A stretch of 64,000 bases of DNA, from positions 22,506,001-22,570,000 of the forward strand of contig NC_087246.1 in assembly GCF_037042905.1 (NCBI RefSeq), read 5' to 3'. Of this stretch, positions 50,129 to 63,097 are shown piece after piece. Below the pieces are notes generated by a model that was not told the origin of the DNA, did not search any database, and saw only the letters and a program-made list of their open reading frames with translations. The position numbers were made by a program, and so were the translations under genes. Source of the stretch: Lytechinus pictus. Taxonomy: Eukaryota. Numbering within the stretch: the stretch's first letter is position 1; each line of letters begins with the position of its first letter.

Positions 50129-50507
50129 AGGTATTGTTTAACTTTGTGAGCAGCCGATTTAAAAAAATTATCAAACCAAGATGAAACATGTGTACAAGTG
50201 CATGTATTAGAACTAATAAACCCTGAAAACAACCATTATTGAGAATGAAAAGCTAAAACTACAAGGTAAACCCCGATTTTGTAAATAGGCGTCTTATAGA
50301 CGCCTAAATAGTACACATAAGTGTATGGGATGAAATCAAGATGGTGTTTTCGGTCACTTTATATTTCAATTTTTGAAGCACTAAATAATTATTTTCGAAC
50401 GCAAATTTTTCTGTTCTTCATTTTTGTAACATATCACAGACACAGGTGACAAGTGTGACCTTCTAGCTCAGATTTTTTAAAAGTCAAACCAATGATAACC
50501 AATCACT
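50129..50507. mobile_element. TTAA-flanked Kolobok-like MITE
   Basis: ttaa|AGGTATTGTTTAAC ... GATAACCAATCACT|ttaa (imperfect TIR). Confidence 0.55.
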
Positions 50508-51828
50508 TTAACTTGCGCGCTTACAGGAAATTAAAAAAAAATGGGTAAATGGTCATTGATTCCTATCGTTCATGTGTATCGATAGTTCTTGTCAACTGGT
50601 CTACTGGACCAGAACAGCACTTTGGCGGAAGAATGCATATCCGGTCTGTGGATAGCTATAGTAAACGAAAAAAATATGTATGTCTGAAATAGATGGTAAC
50701 AAATAATATGTAAATTGGATTAAAACAAGAAAATACACTCTAAATTTCAAACTTCATTAATTTTTAGGATTAGAAATGGATCTTATGTTCGGCTGGTCAC
50801 TAAATTCACATGCGACATTAATGCATTTTAAATCTGTGAAATGTAGAGCAATACGAAGCCTATAAAACATACTGTTTATTTAATATATTTGGTATCGTTT
50901 AATCATTCTGATCTGTGTATATTTGGACTAATGTGGTAAAATACTTTCAGCGCTGAGCAAATATCACTATGAGGTTCAAAACTAAGCCTCCTCCTCTTTT
51001 AAAAGAACATCTAGTAAACCTACAAACACCTACTTTCCAATCCTTTATCATCAAAATAAGTCAGATGTCAGTTTGGCACAATGCATCCAAATATTATTAT
51101 TGGAAAAGAGAAATCCACAATAAAGTTAAGCTTATATCCCCTGATTGAAAAATGGGGGGGGGGGGGGGGTCACTCTAATAGTAAACATACAAAGATTATC
51201 ATTTGTCACAAAACTTGTGAGCTAAAAAAACCTTGAGATTTGTATCGAAATAACCTAGGAGCAAATAACAGAGATGTGAGATCATTGAATTCAAGTGTAT
51301 ATAGAACTTTTTGATAGAACATTGAGACGTTTCTAAAACACACCAACGAATTTTGAAATAATTTGAAGTAAAAATGTACGAATTTCAACAATGGTAAATG
51401 TAATAATCTGTGCATGATTATTTCATTTATTTCGTCTGTCAAACTTGCAGTAACAGGTGTGACGTCCTTTAGGGGGCCTATATATTACAAAATTCGAAAG
51501 AAAAAAAGAACTTGTTTGCTTCTATCAACAGATCAATATAGAAATACATAGGGAAATGCTGTAAAAAAACTTCCCGACTAGCACTCAACCGATGATCAAA
51601 ACAAATATTCTGAACATCTACAGGAATAAACATTGAGGGGAATACAACTTGTTGATATTAACACTCGTATCAGTTGGTTCAAGATTACGTTTTACTACTC
51701 TTCTCTTAGAAAAATGAGTCTCAAAGATATCGAAGTTAAATAAATGCCGCAACCAGGCGTGAATAAAAGCTATTACCAACATGTTGCATTAACTTGTAAG
51801 AATGAAAGACATATTTGTAATAATTGTC

Positions 51829-52050
51829 CAGGCGCAGATTTTTTTTTTTTTTGGGGGGGGGGCTGAAGCTAGCACCCCCCCCCCCCCCCCGTAGGATAAA
51901 AAAAAACGAATTGAGCTTAAATTTAGGTGAGAACCTTTTTTTTCTTGCTCGTCAAATTTCCAAAGGGTAAAATTTGCCATCCCTTTTTAAAAATCCTGGA
52001 TCCTGGTAATTGTAGCACCCCGTAAAATTTCAACTCCGGATCCGCGCCTG
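51829..52050. mobile_element. Poly-G/C MITE with 6-bp TSD
   Basis: CAGGCGCAGAT / ATCCGCGCCTG; ATTGTC duplicated on both sides. Confidence 0.7.
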
Positions 52051-52450
52051 ATTGTCGATGACTTAAACCTCAAGAAGGAAGAAATGTTTTATCATCAATG
52101 TCAAACAGATACGCGTGATGTATAAATAGCATAAACACTGCATCATCGACAAGATTCAAACGTTTTCTATTTCGTTATAACATTCATTATGATCTAAGTT
52201 TGATGCATTATGAATGATATTCGGTTGCATTCTGTATAAATACTGCAGGAGCCTAAGGAAGAGCAGCTTTCAGATTAAAACATGTTATTTAATACATGTA
52301 TACAGGATCAGTAAAGGATTGTCTTATTTATCATAAAATGGGAAGCCCTTTAAATAATTTATTTAATTAAATTGAATTAATGAAATAACCGAAGGCCTAT
52401 CTATTATACTTAAAAAAACACCAGTTGCCTGTGAATTACAAAACATGGCT

Positions 52451-52753
52451 TCAGAATGTCGATGTGGTTTCACAATAATCGTTCTTTCCAGAACCCGATA
52501 TAGTTGTCGATTGCGGAGACGACTTGTGGACATTCTTCTTTCTTTTCGAGCGTACAGGGAATCTCGGAGTCGAAGTGAGGCACGGGAACGAGTCGCGCCA
52601 GAGCTTGAAGACACGCTTGTTACACACAAAGGCTATGAAGATGTAGACGCCTTGAAGATAATTAAGGATAATGAAGATGTACCACAGAGCTGTGACGTCA
52701 GTGAAAGCAGCTATAAAACCAAAGATCCAAGTGAAACCAAGGATGGTAGACAT
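52451..52753 (-). CDS. 7TM receptor exon 3 (TM6-7, C-tail)
   Basis: ttttttattccgacgcag|ATG; TGA stop. Confidence 0.92.
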   Translation of the reverse strand: MSTILGFTWIFGFIAAFTDVTALWYIFIILNYLQGVYIFIAFVCNKRVFKLWRDSFPCLTSTPRFPVRSKRKKNVHKSSPQSTTISGSGKNDYCETTSTF

Positions 52754-55700
52754 CTGCGTCGGAATAAAAAAACCACACACACACACAAAAAGGGTAAAAT
52801 ATGTGACTCACTCAATGGATTATAAATTATATACACCTTTAGGTCCAAAGTATGAAGTATTTGTAAATAATTAAGTTTGTTCTGACAAATTGATGTTCAG
52901 GGAAGAATGTTCTATGAAATCTTTGAAATATCGGAAATTCAATTCGAGATATTAATTATTTGAATATGTGATTCGAAGAATTCAATTTAGAGATGTAAGG
53001 AAGTATTAGCAAAACTGCCTGCCACATTTGCATGTATTATTGGGATAATCTTCGTCATTCCATGAGTAATGTGAACATTGCAAATCATTTGCATGTGTAT
53101 ATTAGTTGAAGAATGGTCTAAATTTACCTTCACATAAATCCAAAGGTCACTGAGTTTCCTTTTCGAATGTCCACGTGCCATGGGGACTGTCTTCATGCGA
53201 ATGCCTGCGATGATAGATGTAAAAATTATAAGATTGATCAGAAGAAAGAAGGCTATTGGAATCCCAAACACATACAGATTCGCTAGACCGTCGCCAATCC
53301 AACAATTCCTTTGACCATAGGACAAATTGAAACTAGGGACATTGAAGCCAGTGAAGAATAAACACAGGCAAGGGATCACTACGAGCAGAGGACACGTCCA
53401 ACTGAAGACAAGAAAGTACAAAAGAACTGCAGCGCCCTCATCTACCTGACCAACACTCACGGTTACACCGAAGCGCCTGTGAAGATCAACGGCAAGGGCG
53501 GATGTATGGGAGAAAACGACAAGCCACATGTAATGTCCGAGAATAGCCACTGCAATGCATGTACCAGGGATCAAAACAGATACCCCGCTTAGTAGGAGAA
53601 AGATATGGGCAAATACCAAGGAGATACAAAGGCTTATGATGATGATACTGAAGGTGTTGTTACGCAGGCTCTTGAAGCAACCATACGTAGCTATAGTCAG
53701 CAACATGGTTACGACTGATAAGCAAGAACCAACGGTACTGAGAGTAGCCTGAGCTGCAGAATAGTTTATGAATGGCATGTAATCTTCAAGAAAATTGCAA
53801 ACTTGCACGCTATGATTCCCTATTTTGGTAAATTCCCCAGGTGTGAAACTAATGTTGCTCGTAAGGTACAGCAAGGATCCATCGTGCATTTCTTTAAACA
53901 ACGATGCGTTGAGCGTGAGTAGTGGGCATGGCGTATAACGGGTTAAGTTACAGACGAGGCTGTAATCTTCTTTGGTGTAAGAATTCGTTGAAGGGTTAAG
54001 ACTACGCGTAAAGTAATATGTTGAATTGTCAAGGGAAAACTCAAAATCATCATCGTCACTAACGATTGTCAGGTTATTATGATATTTGGGATTTGAAGCA
54101 ATGATGTGATTCGGGCAGTCGTCGATTTTGATCATACATCCGTAGGTCACTTGAAATCTTGACACCCGACAAAAGAATGATGATAATGAAATATTAGAGG
54201 GATCGGTCGAAGAGAAAAGTGAATCAAGTTCCGAAAAGTAGTAGCCTTGAAGATACCCTGAGATGTTCACTCTGCGACTGCAGTCTGTTTCATTACCACC
54301 GATACTTGGAGCATTGACCTGTATCAGATCTACTCTCAATTCTCGACTAAAATTAAAGATACTTCGTAAGGCAGAATGCAATTCATCTGTAAGCAAGAAA
54401 GGCGAAAGGCATTGCTCGTCCCGGTTGATCGTTTCTTTACATTCCATATTGATGTTAGTAGGGAAAGAAGATGCCTCACTGCAATCTTTTTCAAAGATAT
54501 CATCGGGATTGGCGCTGACGCAAGATAGTTTGCCATCAAGAAGGAAACCATCGGGACAAGTCAGATTCACACACGTGAGAGTTTCTGAGTCAAAGCGTTG
54601 ATCATCTCTACAGGTTACCGGTAAACTGAAATCAAGCAATAGAGATATTGAAGTAGTAGCTCCCACAAATACTGTTTTTATTATTGGAGGTGAATATGGA
54701 CATGTGCGATTTCTGAGAATCGAATCAACTTGACTATACCCATGGAGACTTCCAGTGGAACATTGATAACAGTGCGGATTTCTGTGCTTCACCCTTTTTA
54801 CCACGATTTCAGCTTGGTATAGAGAACAAGCATCGAAAAGCGATCCCAGAGAGGGTGATGGTGAAGCCATTGTGACATTTCCGCATTGGTCAGAAGTAGG
54901 CGTGATGATGCATGATCTTTCATTGCCAGTCCACATCGGAGCCTTCAGGATCCAAGAGATGCAATTCGTAACTACATAGGCAAATGTCGCTTTCTCTTCA
55001 AATGTAGATCTCGAAGTGAAGCTTAATGTTTCGTCGACATGGCACGCCGCTTCTAAGGTCCAAGGGGTGAGGTCATCTTTGTCTCTGCCGTTACAAATGG
55101 CGCAATAAACATTCTTGAAGGTTATTTCACCCTTAAAGTCCACTGGAATGAACTGGTGGGGGTTCTGAATGTCGGCTTCTCTTTCACATTCAAACTTGAC
55201 GTCATCTCGAGTCCAAGAATCCGTACACTTACTGACCACTCGGTAGTACCTAGCTGGTGATCCTGGTATCCTGACGCAAGTTACTTTATCATGATTGATG
55301 CCAACGATAGGTGGAGGGTCGGGGTAATCAGTGGTTCCATTAGAGGTGCAAGACAGCGCGTAATCAAGACAACAATCATTGTAGAAAACACACCGATTAT
55401 CACAGTGGCAGCTAGCTAGAAAGTGTTCTTTATAAGTCTGCCCACAGGAGATTGGATCACCGTCATCTCCGCACAAAGCTGTTACGGGGCAAAGTGGAAC
55501 CGGCCAGCCCAAGACTGTTCGGATCACATTTGGAGTATAAGCTGTAAGAAAAGATGAATTGTAATTATAAGAATTAGAATCCATCCCATGTCATTAAAAA
55601 AAATCACTCATGCCTGTGTATAACCAGTGAATTTTAAATTGAATCTACTTTTTCCTAGCTGTAACAGTTAACCTAGCCCATAATAAAGCAATATTGACTG

Positions 55701-58700
55701 GCCTCGGGGCGATACGACATATATCGCCCAAACTCTATTTATATCGCCCGAGTCGTAGACGAGGGTGATATCAATTTAGTGAGGGCGATATATGTCCTTT
55801 CGCCCCCAGGCCAGTCAATATTGCTATTATTAACCAAATCAGACATCGAGAGCAAAATCGTGAAAATTTAGATATTTATTAGAGTTTAAGAATGGGAATC
55901 TATTTTGTCACGTTGAGCAGACTGGGCCTCTGAACTGTAGCATTGTGACGTAATTGAAATGACGCGTCCCTGGCCTGGGGACGCAGTATCAAACGTTGTC
56001 TCAACTCTATGGTCCGTATTCTGAAGTCAGGTTTAACTTAGACCATGGTCTAACTCTGTGCTAAAATTATGGGAAGCCAAAAGTTTCAAAATTTTTATTA
56101 AGTTGTATGTTTACTGTGCTCTTTTCTGATTCATCGATGGTGAAGACAATCATCTATTTATACTTCCTAGACAATTATGAATGATTTGAGATCTAAATAA
56201 GCTGAAAATGATATATCTACTGTTAGTGATTTATGTAACAATTGGCTGTCCATACTTAAACCACAACTTTAAACCCGAGTTTAAGTTAAACCCGACTTCA
56301 GAATACGGGCCAATGTCTCAACTTGATTAACATTGTGACGTAAACACTGCGCGGTTCAAGGACGCGTACAAAAACGCGTAGAACACCCGGATGTTAGCGC
56401 TGCCTTTTATTGCCCGCTGCATTTCTACGCATTTTCTCATTGACTTTTCTGAGCGGGCAATAAATTGGGCCCGTAAATAAACAATTGGAAATTTGTTGAC
56501 CTGCCATTTGATCCCAGTCTTAAGCAGGCAACAATGTATTAAAGTTGCCCTGCTCAGATGTCTGATACGGTTAATAATAATAATTAAAAAAATGTTTGCT
56601 GATTATGGCGATATGACAATATTTCTAACATTTTTACTACCTGTGATTGATTTCATATAAAAATTGACCGTTTCATGGCCCTGTTACATAAAAGTTACCA
56701 TTATGGTAATTTGGTAACTTGCGTGGAACCCTTGATTCTGATTGGCTGCTGATCAGCATTATCACGGTAGTTATCATTAGATGACGGAGTCACCATAAAA
56801 GTAACCTTTATACAGCGGGGCCCAGGAGTTTCAAGTGTTTATTTTCATATAAAAAATACTAAACATTGCATACTGCAATGTACGACCTCCCACAACATTA
56901 TTAATAGTATAGTTTATGGAGTAAAATTAGCATTAGAAAAACATAAATCAATATACAGGGTGTTTCTAAAAAAAGGTCAAAAATACATAATTAATTCTTG
57001 TGATTATTATTCTATAACCCATCAACTTTAATTTGACACCTTTCTTGCAACACAATTGTCAGGGGTACAGATTTATGGTTCATCGAAGGACTCCGTCCCT
57101 CGGATAAGACATTAAATGGAGGCCCCGTGTAGAGGAGAGTCACCACCTTTGCACGTTAAGAACCCACTGCACTATTCGTATAAGAGTAGGGGGAAACCCT
57201 GGTGTAGTGGTCCACCTGCATTCCCCCCAATCAGTTATATCGGGAGGAGATACCTGCGGGTCATAGTGATTCAGTTCGCTTTTCGCCTCCCAGGCACAGG
57301 TGACGCCAAACAAATAATAATAATAATAAGGGTGCAAAACCCACTTTTTCCACTTTTTAGGGTTTTAATGTACATGCGTGAAAACTACTTTGTTGTAAGG
57401 TTTTTGTTTCGTCAGAGTTTTCCCTTCAAAATTTCAGTAAAATCATATCCCCTCTGTAAACTTTTTGTGAGTTTCTCGCATTTACATATTAACTGACTAG
57501 CTTCAATCTCTGTTGAACTCGTCATTCACCCCTAACTTTTGCACGAACACGTCCAACGTTTTCACAGTATCTCACATTTGATGCTGCATGTCTTGCATTG
57601 GCTCTTGTAACAATTGCGGGGTTGTGTTGAAGAACATTTTTCTTATGCTAAACATAATTATGTGCCTGCAAGTCACCAAGGATATGCGGAGCCATAATTG
57701 CAGCTAGACACCAATTATGTAACATTTACTAAAACAAGTAATGAGAATGGAAACATTTCTTTGAAATTTGCAGGGAAAAAATCTGATGAAACCAAAATTT
57801 TACAACAATTAAAGTTGGTTTCGTGCTTGTACATTAAAACCCCAAAAAGTGTAAAAAGTGGGTTTTGTACCATTCGCCTTCGATGGACCATAACTTCCCG
57901 TGACAATAATTGTGACGCAAGAAAGGTGTCAAATCAAAGTTTATGAGTTACTCAGTTATGCAGAATATAAATCACAAGAATTAGTTATGTATTCTTGATA
58001 TAGCTGACCTTTGAACATCGGTTACCTTTTTTAGAAACACCCGGCCGGTTGAGAAATGATGTTTGTGGATTGTGGGGATTGTGGATCATCATGATTCAGG
58101 AGCCGCGCCACGGGCAGCGGCGTAACAGGGGTCGGTGGCCAGGGGGGGCAAGAGCCAAAAATTTCCCGGTCATATCATGGTATGAACAGGCGTAATGGTG
58201 TTATGGGGCGACTATTTTGAGAAGGCCAGATATTGCGTATCGGGCAGAATTTATCTTTTAAAAAAAGTTGCGAGCGAGCGAGCAAAATTTTTGACCTTTT
58301 TAATACAAAAATCAAATTTTGTGATAAATTTTGACATAATATCCAGAAAATAATATATTTCACTCTTCTCTCTTTAGATTCCTTTTCTGTGGTGTGTACG
58401 CCACTGTGAACAGGATTCTTTGTGGCAGTATCGTGAAGAGTAAAAAAAGAAGAAAAAAAAAACAGGGGCGCAGTATAGCACATGTGCTAAAAAGCTGCTT
58501 TATATAAGTCCCGAGCGAGCGAAGCGAGCGAGAAAAAAATCACCTTTTCATGAGAATCTAACTTTGAGCTATTTTTTTAACATTATATTCAGTAAATAAA
58601 ATCATATCCTATACACTTTTCCTTTGCTTTTCTTTCCTCCTTTTTTGTTCTTGTTTGTAGAACTTTTTGGGGCCATGGCCCAACCCTTCCATACGCGGCA

Positions 58701-59971
58701 GTGCTGTGCGGTTGGGGTCCGGAACTTTTTGATATCAAAGCCATTTAAACCTCGCAGATTGCCGCTATTTTAATCAAATCGCAGGCATATACAGAATATA
58801 GCTTTTACACAACACATTTATTCAACCCAGTTGCGTAATGAACCAAATATTTTGAGGGGGCAAAAACATAGCAATGTGGGAAAAATTTGTAAAAAAGTCG
58901 CCAGCGTGCAAAGCGAGCTGGAAAAAAAAATTGCCTATTGAAATTAAATTCTAATTATGTGATAGATTTTTCCATTATATTAAGCAAATAACACATTTCA
59001 TTGTTTCCATTCATTTCATTATACGTTGTCTCCTATAATTTATTTTATTTTCTCTTGGGTGTGGAACCAAGACCTCCCCCCCCCCCATCTGTATGCCAGT
59101 GATTGAACGTGATTGAAAGGGGGGCGTTATAGAGTCATTTGAAGGTTATAAATGAAGAGCCCCTACTGCGTGGGGTCTGGGGCAAAGCCCCGGTAGCTTA
59201 TTTGCATAAAATTTAGCAAGCTTATAGCACAATGTTGTATGCAGTCCATCTTTCTTCCCGCTCTTTAATTTCAATCATCGGCAGCCAGGTCGTGTTATTA
59301 TTATTTTTTTCTTGTCCCTTTTCTTTGATTTCCAATTTAGCTTTTGACTAATTACTCTCTACCTTCGTTTCCCGCTATTGTTTGCCATTTTGTCATCTTT
59401 TAATTTATTTCCCACTGTGCTATTGCATTACATAGGCCTATTTCGGAATGATTTGTTCTTTCTCAAATGTTCTTCTTTCGTACAATTTCCCGCTTTCCTT
59501 CCTTTTCCATAAAAAAAGAGTTTTTTCTTCGTTTTCTTTTCACTTTCCCTTTCCTTTTCCTCCTTTCCTCCTTTCCTTTCCCCCTTTCCTTCCCCTTTCC
59601 CTTTCTTTCTCCCTCCTTTTTTCCTTTTCCCGTTTTTCTTTTATTTTCCCGGTGAAATCCGCCAGGGGGGGCAACTTGCCCCCCCCCCCCCCCCGCCTGT
59701 TACGCCACTGGCCACGGGGGAGGTAGGGAGGTAGGGGGCAGGGATAAACCAACTCAGTAGTTACAAAATTGCATGTTTCATGATTACAACAAACTCTATT
59801 TGAGTTCTTGTCAAATGTAGATCACAAAGTTTCACATTAAGACATACATTTTGTATTTAACAGTAATAATGAAGTAATCTTACCAATACGGGTTTGATGC
59901 GATCCATTTATGATTATTGAAATACATGTAGTAAAAAATAGGCGAAGCAGAATTCTCTTTTGTCTATACAT
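52451..59971 (-). CDS. Class B/adhesion-like 7TM receptor with somatomedin-B-like Cys-rich ectodomain, about 934 aa; exons 59971-59884, 55541-53128, 52753-52451
   Basis: Signal-peptide-like exon MYRQKRILLRLFFTTCISIIING (phase 1). SMB-like CHCDNRCVFYNDCCLDY. 7TM_2 motifs LRNNTF, CIAVAILGHYMWL, YGQRNCWI, FGIPIAFFLLIN, MSTILGFTWIFG, LNYLQGVYIFIAF. Phases 1,0 are consistent. Confidence 0.9.
53128..55541 (-). CDS. 7TM receptor exon 2 (2414 nt: ectodomain plus TM1-5)
   Basis: tcttttcttacag| ... AAG|gtaaat; long open frame. Confidence 0.93.
55681..56579. mobile_element. Composite foldback element: 150-bp terminal palindrome plus an inverted-repeat-bounded body; class uncertain
   Basis: gcaatattgactggcct...gggcga...atatatcgccc / gggcgatatat...tcgccc...aggccagtcaatattgc; tattattaaccaaatcagacatc (55825) versus gatgtctgatacggttaataata (56557). 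Confidence 0.6.
56011..56311. mobile_element. Harbinger-like MITE nested in the foldback element
   Basis: GGTCCGTATTCTGAAGTCAGGTTTAACTTA / TAAGTTAAACCCGACTTCAGAATACGGGCC. Confidence 0.8.
56677..56823. mobile_element. Small GGCCC-ended MITE (related fragment near 39490-39546)
   Basis: ggccctgttacataaaagttac / gtaacctttatacagcggggccc. Confidence 0.55.
56956..58044. mobile_element. Tc1/mariner-like MITE
   Basis: ta|CAGGGTGTTTCTAAAAAAAGGT ... ACCTTTTTTAGAAACACCCGG; long arms (atttgacacctttcttgc / gcaagaaaggtgtcaaat). Confidence 0.8.
57091..57329 (+). mobile_element. 5'-truncated Deu-domain SINE inserted in the MITE arm
   Basis: cgtccctcggataagacattaaatggaggccccgtgt...gcactattcg...aagagtagggg...ccctggtgt resembles the DeuSINE core as I recall it; (AAT)n tail; interrupts the host arm symmetry. 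Confidence 0.7.
58115..59710. mobile_element. 1.6-kb CAGTGGCG-type element carrying several nested related MITEs
   Basis: CAGCGGCGTAACAGG / CCTGTTACGCCACTG; TSD GCCACGGG at 58107-58114 and 59711-59718. Confidence 0.85.
59884..59971 (-). CDS. 7TM receptor exon 1 (signal peptide)
   Basis: ATG at 59971; ATTG|gtaaga, phase 1, matches the next exon. Confidence 0.65.
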
Positions 59972-60504
59972 CCTCCCGAATTTTGTTACAGCAAATCCGA
60001 CGAATTAAGTAGCTCAACATGAATTCGATTTGATAAAGTGACTTTTCCTCGACAATGTTTATGGACTAAAAATCATGATATGTTTTACCAGAACGTGTCA
60101 TAGTTTTTTAGTGACAATTTGTGCTATCTAATAATGGAACTCAATATATAGTTTTATTTTACAAGGTCATTTTAAGAACAACAATACACGTTTACCTTGC
60201 TGAAATATGTATGGTTGTATTGAGTAAATAAGCTCATTCATAGTTGCGTGTTTGTTTGATGACCTAAAAGTACAAAATTAACATTATTTATATTAAAATG
60301 AAGCTGCGCACAAATAAGGGGAAATCCTTATTGCAGTATCGTTTCCTGTTCCAATGACCGGTTGACAAAATTATAGATATCATTACGTCACATCCGATGT
60401 AACTTGGAGTTACACTTTTTTATTTGAATAGGTAGAGCAAATAGTACGTCGCATGCACAATACTGTATACAAATAGGACAAGGTCGAATGCACAGCACAC
60501 AAAT

Positions 60505-61228
60505 ACTAGGCCGGGCTTTTTTGGCTGTTCTGTGGCCGGGGGGGGGGGGGTGGGTTTATATTCAACCCCCCCCCCCTGAGATCTCGGCCGCCGTTCGCGC
60601 GAGCGCCGCAAAAATTTGCACGCTGGTAGTGTGCGATGTAATCTACAAGGCTGTATGGTAAAATTTTCCAAAATAATGAGATTTTATTTTTTATGAATTA
60701 ATTATGCTAATTTATGCATAAATCATACTTTTTGCTCTAATTCACTAAATAAAGCTCCTAGAATGCTAATTTTTGGCAAAAATATTTTTTGTAGCATTCT
60801 TAACAATCGCAAATTGAAAAAAACTTCGGTTTGGAAATCAATTTCTTATGTATTTTATTGTTTCATGAATTTCTTTGTATTTTTTTGTTTTTCAACCTTT
60901 TGTTTTTCTTTGGTTTTTTTCACCAGATTTATTGCACAACCTTTTTGAAGCATAATTATGCTAAAATCAATTGATTTCAGCTGTGTAAAGTAAAAATAAT
61001 AATATCTTTATGAATAAGATGAGAAAACTCAATTTGCATTGACTTTGTACACAAAATCACGTTTTGGAACAATTTTTGGTCTCACATGCACTTACAAAAT
61101 GTTGCGTAATTTTGGAATTTAAAAGTATAAACTCTGCGAGTGGCGCGGTCAAACAACTTCGCGCGGCGGAATGATCGCAGAAAATGTTGAGGGGGGGGGG
61201 GTTGATTCAACCCCCGGCCTGTTTAGGG
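60505..61228. mobile_element. piggyBac-like non-autonomous element (right end intact, left end degenerate)
   Basis: Right end ggcctgtttaGGG|ttaa; left aggccggg; gggg..tcaacccc motifs at both ends. Confidence 0.6.
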
Positions 61229-62059
61229 TTAAACATCATTCCAATTCCAATGTTTCGTCATCACTGGTCATCAACCATGAAATTACAAAGCAAACGACGA
61301 AAGGACTAACTAACCGAATATAACATAAAACCACAAATAATTTGGGTATTGGCAGATCTTTGACCAGTGTTGGCAGAGATTGTTTCGTTGTGCTGCTTTT
61401 ATTTTCATCATCGAAGGCATATGGATATATAAATAGAAGTACAACACAAGCAATGCCAAATCCATCTCTTAGCTAAATTGCCTAAATTTTGAAAACGGTT
61501 ACTTATGCACGAATGCATCTTGTGAGTCATTCCCTTTAAAATATTCTTAAATGATTGAAAGACTGAACAATATGCTCACTGGACAAAAAATTGATTTTTT
61601 TTATTTACTCGAAATGAACGATCATTGACTTGGATCCATTCTTATTTTCATAATTATGTTAATATATATTAGTGTATATGCCGATACAATTTCTTGCATT
61701 TAGATTTAAAGAAACCGCTCATATTGCCGATTGTGATCATGTTGATACGATCACTGTTAGTAGGCCTATATTGTCTAAATCCTTAAGTCAATTCAATTAC
61801 TGTGTATTCATTTACTTTAAATCTTTTAAAAAGAGGCCTACAGACAATCATGCAAAATATATTTTCAATAAATTTCATTATTTGATACTACTCAAATAAT
61901 TTATCATCTCTAATCTGTTCATTTAGATCTTTTATTCATTTGATTAACGAGCTAATTATTCCGTCTAAGCAACATCTATTCTTGTCTTATTTTTGTTAGT
62001 TTTTTAATTCACTTATTCTCGGGTAGGTTGGGGCTGGGCTGTATAAACCTTAATAATTG

Positions 62060-62272
62060 TACTTGCTTAATGCAGTATAATTACCCTGACATTAGCATAG
62101 CACTTGTTACTCGCTCTGCGTTTCAAGGAATAAATTCCTACCAGATTCCCATTCACCTCGCCTGGGTTGAGGGCAGGACAATTTCATATTGAAGGAAAAC
62201 ACGCCATGGCTTGGAATCGAACCAACGTCCCTCAGATTGAAAGGCGAGAGTCAGAACCACTAGACCACGACG
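62060..62272 (-). mobile_element. tRNA-derived SINE
   Basis: Minus strand A box TGGTCTAGTGG, B box GGTTCGATTCC, followed by a non-tRNA body ctcaacccaggcgaggtgaatggg. Confidence 0.8.
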
Positions 62273-63097
62273 ATGATATATTCTTATAGGGAACAGATGC
62301 CAACTCATTTGCATTTTACAGGAAAGTTTTCTATACAGACGTACAAGCAACCTCATTATTATAATTTCATTGGTAGAACGGAGTCAGATAAGAGGAGATG
62401 GAGGGCGGACTGAAGCTATTTAGGCGAGTGCCTTGTTTAGAGCTGCTTTGCTCACCCAGGCCAGTAAACATGTGTACTTACAGTGGTCTTATCTGCAGGT
62501 GTCACGATGCTCCGACTCTAAAAAGCTTCCCCCATTCTCTCTCTTTCTTTCCCCTGCCTTACCCCCTGGCTCTCTCTCTTTTCTCTGTCTTCCCCTTTCT
62601 ATCTTCTCTCTTTGTTTTCTCTTTATCCCTCTCTCTCTCCCCCCCTCTCTCTCTATGCTATATGTACCAAGATGATACAAAAGAAACCAGGCTAAAATAT
62701 GTTCCTTTCTTTTAAAAACATTGTTCAACAAAATAAAAAGATCATTTAACAATGACCACATAACTTATCAGCGCAATCATATAAATTTGAGTACAAACAC
62801 CATTTCGATAGATCATGGACCATCTACAGATTCATTAAACAAAATAAGTACAGAAATTGAACTTTTCTGAATTAATTTAAAGATAGAATAGCTTTTTTCC
62901 ACTTTTGTAATGTTTATTATTAATCATTTTTTAATGTTTATTATTGTTTTTGTGACCAATGTTATCAGAAGATTCCTGTTAAAAAAGTTAAGAATGCTTT
63001 ATAGCAGTGTGCTATTACTTCAGCATTGCAAATGGAAACAATTTCATTCTATTCATTAATCAGTTGTTGCTATTTCAGATATGTATGATCCTACTTC

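Noticed and set aside
52987-53127. C-terminal tail of the 865-aa ORF
   Set aside because: Read-through into an intron; the donor at 53128 joins the TM6-7 exon.
52445-54601. Plus-strand ORFs (52445-52825, 53555-53752, 54263-54601)
   Set aside because: Antisense shadows of the 7TM receptor exons.
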